Source: an uncultured archaeon
GTDB lineage: Archaea; Asgardarchaeota; Lokiarchaeia; Sigyniarchaeales; SOKP01
NCBI GenBank assembly: GCA_964632315.1
Contig: CAZWEM010000031.1
Coordinates: forward strand, 1-53,255
Reading direction: 5' to 3'
DNA length: 53,255 nt
Within the stretch, counting starts at the first letter, position 1. Every line of letters starts with the position of its first letter. Made by a program: the position numbers and the translations under genes. The notes beneath the pieces are model-generated. The model did no database searches. It was not told where the DNA came from and was given only the letters and a program-made list of their open reading frames with translations. This document shows, piece after piece, positions 1-10,100 of this stretch.

Positions 1-2
1 AT

Positions 3-233
3 GGAAAATCAATAAATTCAAATCGCAGAAAGTTAGGGGTCATCATTGGTGGAAGTTCTCAAACTGGAATAAATACAAGTATTATGTGTGGTAAGAAAGT
101 AGGAGAAAATTCGATAATAGGTGCTCATACCTTTATTAACGAAGATGTCCCTCAAAATTCTCTTTACTTTCAAAATTCAAATGGCAAATTAATAAGAAAA
201 AGTAATCCCTTTTGCGATCCCGGGACTAATTAA
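3..233 (+). CDS. 3' end of archaeal GlmU-like sugar-phosphate nucleotidyltransferase/acetyltransferase (partial, 5' outside window)
   Basis: Not in ORF track. Frame from nt 3 reads GKSINSNRRKLGVIIGGSSQTGINTSIMCGKKVGENSIIGAHTFINEDVP...*, matching the RRKLGxIIG..TGIN hexapeptide tail of archaeal GlmU-type enzymes. Stop TAA at 231-233. Confidence 0.75.
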   Translation, partial: GKSINSNRRKLGVIIGGSSQTGINTSIMCGKKVGENSIIGAHTFINEDVPQNSLYFQNSNGKLIRKSNPFCDPGTN

Positions 234-249
234 TTTGGTTACTAATTTT

Positions 250-1962
250 TTATATCTTTTTTTTGAAATTCCGTAATAGTTTTGAAAATTTAATTGGTGT
301 CTCTTCATAATCAACTTCTTTTAATGCTTGTTCTTGATACGCAATGAATAAGTTATTAGAAAAATCTTCCCAATCTCTGCAAATCCTTTTAGTTATTTCA
401 TCATTTTTGAGCAAATTATCAAAAGAAACTATTTCTTCAAACTTATTTGCATAATCTTCTATTAATTCATTGTTCATCCCATCGAGGAGATCTTTTACAA
501 AATCCCTTGGGTCATACCAATCTTTCACTCTTTGGAAATCTCTATGTATCTGTGTTAATAAGACATTCCTCGGTCCTTCCCATAGTTCCATGATCATCGA
601 GTCACGATGTAGTCGAGGTAAAGAAAGAAAATCTTCCATGACTCCGTGTCCTCCAAAAAACGAAATTGCTTTTCTTATCATTTTGGGGGTTTCATCTGCT
701 ACCACTATCTTTTGAAGCATTATTAATTCTCTTAAACGGAATCTCCGCTTTCTATCATCTAAATCAGAGATTTTCTCTAATTCTCTAATCCCGGTTATTA
801 ATTTTTCTCCAAAATGAATGAATTCTGAATAAACTTTAAAGGCTCCAGCAGCAGATCTTTTAGCAAATTTATTTAAATCTTCAATTTGATTAAGCATTAA
901 TGGAAATGAAGATATAGGCACTCCAAATGCCGTTCTAAATTGGGAATATAAAGTCGCTTCTCTTACAACTCGTAGAGCTCCCGCAGCCATTCCAAAAGCA
1001 ACGTGTAGGCGTGATAAAGATAGTACTATACCTACTACATCCGCAAGCCCTTTCTCCAATGGTCCAATTGGATAAGCAACAGCACCATTATATGTTATTT
1101 CTGCGGTTGGTAATTCTGCAGTTCCTAATTTTGGTTTAAGACGATCAATGGTATAAGAATTCCGAATTTCTTTATTTTTATTCCCTGGTAACCAGGAAGG
1201 AACAACAAACGCGGCTATCCTTGTTGAAGAAGAGACTCCCTTAGGTTTAGCCGTAACTAATGCATAATCGGCGTGAACTGCAGAACAAAAAAATTTTTGA
1301 CCATATAATCGCCAACAATTTGAAATCCCATCTTGACCCTCTGATTCTTCAAACACTGCTTCTACTAAGTTAGCAGGAACATCACTCCCACCTTGAATTT
1401 CACTCACGAATTGAGCTCCAATTTCATAAATCCCATTTTTTCCTTTTCTTACTCGTTCCAAAATATTTTGTGTTTCCTTTGAAAGACTTTCCTCATATTT
1501 TTGCATTAACCATATCAAACCATGCGTGCAAGCTATGGGACACATAACTCCAGCTTCTCCATTTTGATAGAGTAGGAACATTATACAAAATCTACTCCAA
1601 GGAGTATTTCTATCGGGATCAAAAAGCCCTAGACTGAAAATTTCATTTTCAAGGATTTCAGTTTCCGTGCATCTCTCTATCCTATCTATTCGATGATTAT
1701 GGGCATCATAATGTTTCACTCTTGTCACTTTTAAGTGATTTTCTAACTCATTTGCTGTGTTAGCAAATTCTCTCCATCTAAAGGAAACATATTTCGATAA
1801 AGCTGTAAGTTCTTTATCAATGGCAGTAAATTCATTACCAACATATTTTCTTATCAAGCTTTTAAGAAAATCATCATCTGAATAATAATTATAATTATCC
1901 CTTACAAGTAGATAATCATCAAATGTATAGGGATTTTCGCGATTTCCTTCTGTATAATTCAT
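250..1962 (-). CDS. Acyl-CoA dehydrogenase, AidB-like long form
   Basis: 570 aa. GAQFVSEIQGGSDV, WRLYGQKFFCS, RLKPKLGT..PTAEI, FGGHGVMED, ELWEGP motifs. Confidence 0.85.
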   Translation of the reverse strand: MNYTEGNRENPYTFDDYLLVRDNYNYYSDDDFLKSLIRKYVGNEFTAIDKELTALSKYVSFRWREFANTANELENHLKVTRVKHYDAHNHRIDRIERCTETEILENEIFSLGLFDPDRNTPWSRFCIMFLLYQNGEAGVMCPIACTHGLIWLMQKYEESLSKETQNILERVRKGKNGIYEIGAQFVSEIQGGSDVPANLVEAVFEESEGQDGISNCWRLYGQKFFCSAVHADYALVTAKPKGVSSSTRIAAFVVPSWLPGNKNKEIRNSYTIDRLKPKLGTAELPTAEITYNGAVAYPIGPLEKGLADVVGIVLSLSRLHVAFGMAAGALRVVREATLYSQFRTAFGVPISSFPLMLNQIEDLNKFAKRSAAGAFKVYSEFIHFGEKLITGIRELEKISDLDDRKRRFRLRELIMLQKIVVADETPKMIRKAISFFGGHGVMEDFLSLPRLHRDSMIMELWEGPRNVLLTQIHRDFQRVKDWYDPRDFVKDLLDGMNNELIEDYANKFEEIVSFDNLLKNDEITKRICRDWEDFSNNLFIAYQEQALKEVDYEETPIKFSKLLRNFKKKI

Positions 1963-2064
1963 AATAAATCAGTAAAAATTTCACTGAATTATTCTAAATA
2001 ATTTATATTTGATATTTAAGTAATATGAATTAAAAATTAATATCAATAATAAAAAGGGAGAAGA

Positions 2065-2871
2065 TTATTCTTCCTCTTCTTCTTCCTTCTCCTCTTCTTC
2101 TTCTTCCTTCTCCTCTTTCTTATCCTCAGTAGGTTTTGATTGAGCGAATTTCTTGACATTTATTCTTTCTGAGCGTTTTATTTCACTTTTTCGACTTCTT
2201 TTAACATCTACTTCAACGATTTCAAAATCCTCTTGAGGTGAGATAAAGCTTTGGTCTGCCCCTCCTTCAGGGACAGTAATTATCTTGCTTTTTATAACTG
2301 TTGAGTTGGAAAGGGGATAAATTGTTTTTGCTACTCTTTGGATTTGTTTTGCAAATTCACCATAAATCATTCCAGTTATAAATTTTTCATGATTTAAAGA
2401 TCTTGCAAATTCCTTTAAAATTTCTGTTATGATTTTCCTTATTAAAATCTGTTGACTACTCCTTGCTCTTTTTATAGTAGTACAAATAACAGTTAAACGA
2501 TAAACCCATCCATCTTTTGTAGTTAGATTCAAAATGTTTTGAACTTTAGAACTTCCTCTCCCTATTAGAGATCGAACATAATCATTAGTGTATTGATGAC
2601 CTGTGAATATGGTATTACATGTATTTGATTCATTATTAATATCTACAACCTTAAAACGTAATTTCAAACTGATGTCTGAAAAATCATTTGTAATATCATA
2701 TAAAAGAATTTCAGTTGTTCTATTCATCACATTGTTTTCAAATCCAATGATGTCTCCAATTTCTTTATAATTAAAGCTTTTTGGAGTTTTACACGTATAC
2801 CATTTTTTATCTTTAAATGATATCTTTTTTATTTTAGCTTTCTTTTTTTTAGCCTTAGCTCTTTGACTCAT
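2065..2871 (-). CDS. rps3ae: 30S ribosomal protein S3Ae (eS1) with acidic C-terminal extension
   Basis: KDKKWY..PKSF, KLRFKV, DYVRSLI.RGSSKV, KTIYPL motifs; directly downstream of rps15. Confidence 0.92.
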   Translation of the reverse strand: MSQRAKAKKKKAKIKKISFKDKKWYTCKTPKSFNYKEIGDIIGFENNVMNRTTEILLYDITNDFSDISLKLRFKVVDINNESNTCNTIFTGHQYTNDYVRSLIGRGSSKVQNILNLTTKDGWVYRLTVICTTIKRARSSQQILIRKIITEILKEFARSLNHEKFITGMIYGEFAKQIQRVAKTIYPLSNSTVIKSKIITVPEGGADQSFISPQEDFEIVEVDVKRSRKSEIKRSERINVKKFAQSKPTEDKKEEKEEEEEEKEEEEEE

Positions 2872-2879
2872 AATTCTTA

Positions 2880-3338
2880 TTACCTCGCTATAATTGTTCT
2901 AATTTTTTCAACATCGTATTTGAAATCTTTCGCTAATACTTTTTTCTTCTTATAATATTTTATTAAGCGAAAAATTTTTGATTCTATTCGTTGTAAACCT
3001 TTTCGGGATTCGAGATCCTTATGATTAGTTTCCATGTGTTTGCGAAGTTTTAGTGCCTTTTTAATTAATTCCGTAAGATCTTCTGGAATTGGAGATTTAA
3101 TATCATTTTCTTCAAGAATTTGACTGATTGTTTTCCCAGTAACTACACGAACTAGTGGGATTCCATATGAGTCTCTCAATAAAACACCAATACGAGATTT
3201 TGAATGCCCTTTCTTAGCTAATTTAACTACTTCATTTTCAACTTCTTCAGCAGATAGCTCAACCCATACTGGTTTTTCTAAACGTGCTGGTCTGGTACTT
3301 CCAGATTTTCCTTTTTTTCTACTATGCATCCGAGCCAT
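2880..3338 (-). CDS. rps15: 30S ribosomal protein S15 (uS15, archaeal/eukaryotic S13e type)
   Basis: MARMHSRKKGKSGS N-terminus, IG..LRDSYGIP, PEDL..LI, KDL.SRKGL..IESKI.RL.KYYK. Confidence 0.97.
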   Translation of the reverse strand: MARMHSRKKGKSGSTRPARLEKPVWVELSAEEVENEVVKLAKKGHSKSRIGVLLRDSYGIPLVRVVTGKTISQILEENDIKSPIPEDLTELIKKALKLRKHMETNHKDLESRKGLQRIESKIFRLIKYYKKKKVLAKDFKYDVEKIRTIIAR

Positions 3339-3541
3339 TATAATCTAACAAACTGTGTACTTATAATATTAAAATCTTTAATGAATACTCAAAAATAAAA
3401 TTTTGTAATTTAAGATAAATTTCATTACGTCTCCTCCTATAGAAAATAAAAGAATTCATGAGGATAATCAGTAAATATTTCTTTTAATTATCTCTTTTGC
3501 GTATTATAAATCTAAATAAATCTTAAAGAATTATTAGCTAT

Positions 3542-4126
3542 ATGGACAATAATATGCACATCTTGAATTTCATAACGAGTAATAATCATAAATTTAAAGA
3601 AATTTCAAAATTATTTGAAGAAGAACATCTCAATTATCGTCTTAAACAATACGATATTGAAACCTTAGAAATTCAATCGGAATCCATTCGAGAGGTTGCT
3701 TTAACAAAGTTAAATAGCGTAAGAGACAAGCTAAAAACATCATATTTTGTAGAGGATGCTGGATTTTTTGTTGACAACCCTTTACATGGATTTCCAGGCG
3801 TTTATTCTTCGTATGTTATGAAAACAATAGGGAATGAAGGTATATTGCGGTTAATTACTGACTTTTATGAATCAAAAGCTCACTTTAAAACGGTAATTGC
3901 CTTATACTTTAAGCCACATGATGAAGTTTATACTTTTGAGGGAGAAGTTAATGGACGAGTCTCTAAAACTATAAGAGGAACAGGAGGATTTGGTTTTGAT
4001 CCAATTTTCATTCCAAATGAATTTCCAGAGAAAACTTTTGGTGAATTAACGCAGACAGAAAAAAATGAAATTTCTCATAGAGGAAGAGCTTGGCGAGAGC
4101 TTATTGAATTTATTAAGTATGTATAA
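3542..4126 (+). CDS. rdgB: XTP/dITP diphosphatase (RdgB/HAM1 family)
   Basis: FITSNNHKF.E, EIQ, VEDAG, GFPGVYS, GFGFDPIF, EKNEISHRGRA motifs. Confidence 0.95.
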   Translation: MDNNMHILNFITSNNHKFKEISKLFEEEHLNYRLKQYDIETLEIQSESIREVALTKLNSVRDKLKTSYFVEDAGFFVDNPLHGFPGVYSSYVMKTIGNEGILRLITDFYESKAHFKTVIALYFKPHDEVYTFEGEVNGRVSKTIRGTGGFGFDPIFIPNEFPEKTFGELTQTEKNEISHRGRAWRELIEFIKYV

Positions 4127-4132
4127 TATAAT

Positions 4133-7054
4133 TTAAAAGGTCTGTCTAAATATGTCCATTATTGTTTGTCTATTTAATCTTAACAATACAAAGTACATCC
4201 CAATAAATCCCACTAATATAGCTATGCCAAAAACCCGGAAAAGGGTAGCATAGGGAATCGTGAAAGTTGCTGGCATTTCTGTCATTAAAGCCATATTTGT
4301 TTCAAGTAAATAAGCACAATATGTGCCTATTATCGTTCCCATTGTTCCTGCGGAAATCATTAATACTAAACTCTCAATAAGGAACATGTTCCTAACATTC
4401 TTTTTCTTCAGACCCATGCTCCTAAGAATCCCGATTTCAAATTTGCGTTCTAAAATTATTGCATACATGTTGCTTACTAAACCAAATATTGAAATCATAA
4501 TTGTGAAGAGTAAAATAACCTCCATTAAGGTACTTTGACGTTCCATTATAGAGTCCATGTAATTAACTTTAGATATAACATCATCGATTGAAAAACTTTT
4601 TGCTTGGTAAATTGAATTGATGTCTTCCATCGTTGATTCAATATTCTCTTGAGAATTATCAATTAAATTAACAAATATTTTATCAACGATCATATTTGGT
4701 TCATCGTAATTTGAAGTTTTCATCATTTTAGCATAATTACTTAACGAAACCATTATTCCTCCTCCATATGCCGAAGCTTCAGTACTCCCAAAATTCCAAT
4801 ATCCAGGCATACCACCACAGATTCCGACAACTTGATAAAGTGTAATATTTCCAGGCTGATCAGGTTTTTGAGGATTATAGAAACTTAATCTTATATACTC
4901 TCCAACATCATAAATTCCTAAAACGGATGCTATTGATTGAGCAATAATGCAAGTGTTATTTTGGTCGAATAATTCTGAAAAGGAATAATTAAAACCACTA
5001 TTTGGACTTGTCCAAATAATTAACTCTTTATCTACCAAATTATAAAAACTTTTATCTACTCCAATGAATGCGGCTTCGATCTCATCGAAATTGGCGATAT
5101 CTGCCGCTGTAACTTGAAATTTTCTTTCTGCTTCACGAACATAAAATTCAAATATGTTAGTGATCGCTTCTTGACTTGAACCGCCCCCTCCCATTAATCC
5201 TTGACTTGAAGAAAATACGGTAGAAATAATAGACGTAAGATCATAAGTATTATATAAACTAACTGCGACATCCTCTATACCGGGAAGAATTCTCAACTCA
5301 TCTACCATTTGCATAGTCAATGCATCATTGGGGTCATAACCTTGATTTGATAATACCAAATCAGACCCATATTGGAAGGTTAAAAATCTTGACATTGTAT
5401 CAGATTGCATTTGAGTAACACTGGTGATAAAAAAAATAAAGCTAAAGGATATTGAAAACATTACAATTGTACCAGTATTTCTCCTTCCATATCTCCTCAG
5501 TGAAATTTTGATTATGCTTCTATACTTTCTAATGAAAGGAAATATAAATCCTAAAAAAACTCTCTCAATAATTGGTATTAGTCCAACGGAGGCAAAAACA
5601 AGTCCAATTAGAATACATGTTAGCATGCCAATAAATAGTCCAGCAATCATCATAAATCCGCCAACTACAATTATATTTGGTAATAAAACGAATACTACCA
5701 TGCCAATTGTAGCAATTGCTATCCCTGCTAAAAAGCTTTTGACATTCATGCTCCCTTCTTTTTTAACTTCCCATCCTTCTTCTTTTGTTTGAAAAGGAGT
5801 GATTGACTTTATTAAGTTTTGATTCGCACTTTTTAATGCTGGCAATAAAGCAATTACTAACGAAGTAATCGCTCCTATTAAAAACTCTAAAACGATAGTG
5901 GAGGGGTTTATTACAAAATCTTCTGTTAAAAATGGAAAGTTGGTAATACTAAATAGTGTACTAACTACCGATGGCGTAAATATCAAGCCAATAATTACTC
6001 CGATAACTGATCCTAAAACGCCAATAATTAATCCTTCAAAAAGAACCATCTTGATAGGAACAGATTTTTTTCCTCCCACAACTCTAAAAATTCCAAATTC
6101 TCTAATCCTTTCCTCGACAGAAGTAGATAAAATCGAATTAATTAAAATTCCTGTTATTAGCATCGATAATATAGTTATAAACCAAAATATAATTGTTATG
6201 GTCATCAAAATAAATTGACCACTACTTAATTCTTCTAATTTTGGCATTGCTACCGCATAAGTATTAATATCTAAACGTTCCTGTATCCTTGATCCAATCT
6301 CTCTTAGATTTTTTGTAGTTGTATCTAAATCACTTGCATCATAAACAAATTGTGGGTTCTCAATTGTTCCGAAAACAAAATTTATTTGATTATCTCGATT
6401 TAAAAATTGTTGAGCTTGTTCAAGGTTTAGAAGAATTAAGTTAGTTTCAAATTGGAAGAATTTAAGATCTTGTTTACATATGCTCACCACTCTTAAGTCT
6501 AAATTATATTGCTGATATTCTAGGAAGATCATATCACCAATCGATACATTAAGAATTTCTGCAAGATTCCATAGTATGATACATTCCCCATAATCAGGTT
6601 CCCCTAAATATTTTTCTCCAGTTTCCTCACCATTTTCATCCACGATTAATAAATCCCCCATCTTACCGTTATTCGCTTCAGCTTCAAAATCTATGCCATA
6701 CATCTGAAAACTTCCATTTACATTTGAATTTTCTGAAGAACTTGTGACTAATGCCATAATTCTTGGAAAAAATGCATCTACTCCTTGGATGTTAGCTAAA
6801 TCTTCTTTTATGATATTAATATCAAAATAAGGATTATAAGTTAAATCAGTTTTAGGAACTTTAGTAATCATTATATCTGCATTCCCCGTTGTTGTAGTAA
6901 CCGTGCCAATATAATTATAACTCAACGTATCATTAACCATTCCGATTGCTGTAAGTAATATGATTGAGATTGCTATTCCCCCTATTCCAAAAATAGCTTT
7001 AGCTTTTTCACGTTTTAAGTCTAACCACGAATTCTTGATAAATTGAAGATTCAT
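4133..7054 (-). CDS. FtsX/MacB-type ABC permease, double-length (two extracellular domain + FtsX units)
   Basis: 973 aa. SVEERIREFGIFRVVG and ILERKFEIGILRSMG FtsX motifs; two large extracytoplasmic loops; about 10 hydrophobic segments. Confidence 0.9.
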   Translation of the reverse strand: MNLQFIKNSWLDLKREKAKAIFGIGGIAISIILLTAIGMVNDTLSYNYIGTVTTTTGNADIMITKVPKTDLTYNPYFDINIIKEDLANIQGVDAFFPRIMALVTSSSENSNVNGSFQMYGIDFEAEANNGKMGDLLIVDENGEETGEKYLGEPDYGECIILWNLAEILNVSIGDMIFLEYQQYNLDLRVVSICKQDLKFFQFETNLILLNLEQAQQFLNRDNQINFVFGTIENPQFVYDASDLDTTTKNLREIGSRIQERLDINTYAVAMPKLEELSSGQFILMTITIIFWFITILSMLITGILINSILSTSVEERIREFGIFRVVGGKKSVPIKMVLFEGLIIGVLGSVIGVIIGLIFTPSVVSTLFSITNFPFLTEDFVINPSTIVLEFLIGAITSLVIALLPALKSANQNLIKSITPFQTKEEGWEVKKEGSMNVKSFLAGIAIATIGMVVFVLLPNIIVVGGFMMIAGLFIGMLTCILIGLVFASVGLIPIIERVFLGFIFPFIRKYRSIIKISLRRYGRRNTGTIVMFSISFSFIFFITSVTQMQSDTMSRFLTFQYGSDLVLSNQGYDPNDALTMQMVDELRILPGIEDVAVSLYNTYDLTSIISTVFSSSQGLMGGGGSSQEAITNIFEFYVREAERKFQVTAADIANFDEIEAAFIGVDKSFYNLVDKELIIWTSPNSGFNYSFSELFDQNNTCIIAQSIASVLGIYDVGEYIRLSFYNPQKPDQPGNITLYQVVGICGGMPGYWNFGSTEASAYGGGIMVSLSNYAKMMKTSNYDEPNMIVDKIFVNLIDNSQENIESTMEDINSIYQAKSFSIDDVISKVNYMDSIMERQSTLMEVILLFTIMISIFGLVSNMYAIILERKFEIGILRSMGLKKKNVRNMFLIESLVLMISAGTMGTIIGTYCAYLLETNMALMTEMPATFTIPYATLFRVFGIAILVGFIGMYFVLLRLNRQTIMDIFRQTF

Positions 7055-7114
7055 TTTGGTTGCTATTTTATAGAAAAAATTTCTAAGATTCAGGGCAATT
7101 CACCATTATTTTTA

Positions 7115-10100
7115 TCAATCTAAAACACTAAACTTTTTGTTCTTTTTTTTAAATGTTTTTAACACTTTTCCTTCTTTTGCTAATATAGACTCAATTTCAC
7201 TTTTTTCTCGCCTTATTAATCTTACTCCCGCACATTTTTTATTACTGCAATAATAATCTTGAGCAGGTTCATTTTTAAAGTACCATTTTCCGCAATTTAA
7301 ACAGTTATAAGCAGCATAGATTTGATCATGGCCACAATTTGGGCATATATAGTCAAATTTTAGTGTTTGGTACCAAGATTTACAAAATCTGCAATACAAT
7401 GTTAAGGGTCTTTTTTTTTCTTCTACAGGCTCTAGTAGCTCAATTCTTTTTATTATTTGGTCTTTATCTATATCCTCTAACCTAACTTTTTCAGCATCTA
7501 AAGTTTTATGCTTAAAAAACCTTTTAACAACAAAATAGATAGTTAAACTTGAAAAAACTAATAAACCGATGACTATTATCCAGAAATAAATATTATTAAA
7601 ATTTAACAAACCATTTTGAATTTTAACATTTAGAGTTATTTCTGCCCAATTTCCCTCTTTATCATATGCCTTAACTTTTAAATTATGACTTCCATCATTT
7701 AACTTGGTGGTATCCCAATTATATTCCAGAATTTTTCTCTCAATATCATATGATAGTGAATTTCGATTAATACTCTTGCCATCAATGTAAAGATAAATTC
7801 TTGCTAAATCAAGTTCTCTATTGTCGGTAATATTGAATCTAACTTTTTGAATAGACTTAAGCACTTGATTATCAGAAATTGAAAATGGAATTATGATTGG
7901 GGGCACAAAATCTGTTGATGGGTCATAACCAATATAAATGTTTGAAATTAGCCAGCCAAAACCTAAACCAATATTAATATTATTCGTATGTAATGAGAAT
8001 TTTATCATTATTATTTCATTTCCAAAAGAGGACAAATCGATGGATTCATTTCCAGAGAGATTATCATCGTCATAATAATAATCCTTCAATTCTATCCATG
8101 AATCACCGAAATTGGTTGACAGTGATACCAAACACCTATCCAAATCCTCCCTATCTAATCCAAACTCGTTTTGTAGTGAAATTTCGAAATAATAAGCCAA
8201 ATAAGTGTCATATTCGGCTTTCAAATAAAGAGGTTTGGTCACCAATTCAATATCCCAATTGACACCATAACCATTTTCTAATCCCCCATAACTCTGGCCT
8301 TTCCCTCCATAAATAAACTTTTGATTCAATTTTTCCACAGGATGCCAAGAATTATCTCCCTTTAACCAACAAGTATAATCTTTAGGAGGAGGGCTGCCCG
8401 TTATATAATAATCACTTAAATTTTCATTTGAAAACGAATACCCTACCTCTTTTTCATCTTTTATAACATTATAGGATAAGATCATAGGATTCTCAAAGCT
8501 AAAGAGATTATCATTACGATTATAATAGGGTGTTTTAACAGAAAATTTTCCATCGGAAGTATGAAACCTAAAAGAATAGTTAGATAAATCTCCTATTATT
8601 ATGGATTTTGTGAATAAAATACCTGTACCTTCTTCTTTCAGTTGATTAGAATCCCAATCCCCTATAGAATTAATCATGCTAAAATTAACGCCATCAATTT
8701 CAAGATAAATATAAACTGGATAACTATTACTTTCATCAAGATATCTACAACTGAAGATTACGGAATCGAATCTTGAGATAGTCGTATCTGAAATGTTCTG
8801 CGTTACATTAAATTCAATAATTGGATTGAAATGATTAGTGTAATTAAAGATTGAAAATTTATCAAGTATTAAGCCTTTATACTGGTATGGATCAAATTGA
8901 TCATCTACATTTGCTAAGAATCTAAATTGCACAAAATATCCAATATATTCTGTAAGATTTACCTCTTCCATAAACCAATCTCTCTCTTCATTACTATATG
9001 TTCTTAAATTAATCCAACCAGTCCAATTCAGATTAATCTGGAAATAGACAGAGTCAAATTCATTAATGCTAACTCTTAATCCATATTGGAGGAATGGCTT
9101 TACAATATCTTTATCCATCCTTGTTAAATTGATTAAAGGGCTAATAAGAGAACCATTTGGATATGGTTCTGTGATGGCATATGGTTGATAGCTATATGTT
9201 TCAGGATAATTATGATCTCTCCCATAATATAATGCTTTCCACTCATTTTCATATAAATCTGAGCGATCATCATTTACATTAGATTGATTTAATACGTTCC
9301 AACCCGTGCCCGTTGTTGTCCAATTATTCCAACCATCATTAAAATCATAGGAACAAGGAAATTGCTCACTGTCTTTAGGAAATTCAATTGATATATTAAA
9401 AGATCCCGTGTATGGAAATCTAATGGCATGATCACCATCACTAGCATAAAAAATATAGTGATATACTCCTGGTTCTGGAAACTGAATATAAGAACTTCGA
9501 AATAATGTTCCATCGGTATAATTATCATCTAAAACATTGACTTGTAAAAGTGATAAATTTTGGGCTGTTTCTAAGATAGAAACAAATACGTCTTGTGGAG
9601 GAACATTTGCTATATCAAAATCATAATAATCTATGTAGAACCGAAATCTATCAATAGAATAATTCTTATTAGGATTCCCACCAATAAATTCCTGATATGA
9701 AAGAACTGTTGCGTTAATTCTCCCTCCAGCATAGGTTATTTCTGGAATTTTTAATTCAGGAGCATAATGGTTTTTCACATTCGTGACGTTTAAAATAAAC
9801 TCGCTTTCTCCATCATAAGCTTTAACGACAACAATGCATTCACTTTGATTTAACTTAGGAGTAAAATAGAAGGAACTAGAATCATCATACCACTTTCTCG
9901 TTGATTGATATAAGATTGGTTCTCCATTAGGTTTTGATGCATTGGCATAAAGAAATAATTCAAGGTCTGCAGCATCTTCAGCAACATCAAGATTAAATAC
10001 GTACTGTTTATTTGGATCTAATTTTATGCTTCGTGCAAAAACGTGTTGAGCTAGGGGATTAACTTGAGAACTTGTTAACTTGTTCTGAACTGATTCATTA

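Noticed and set aside
2068-2120. GAA/GAG-type low-complexity repeat
   Set aside because: It simply encodes the poly-Glu tail of eS1 and is not an independent repeat element.
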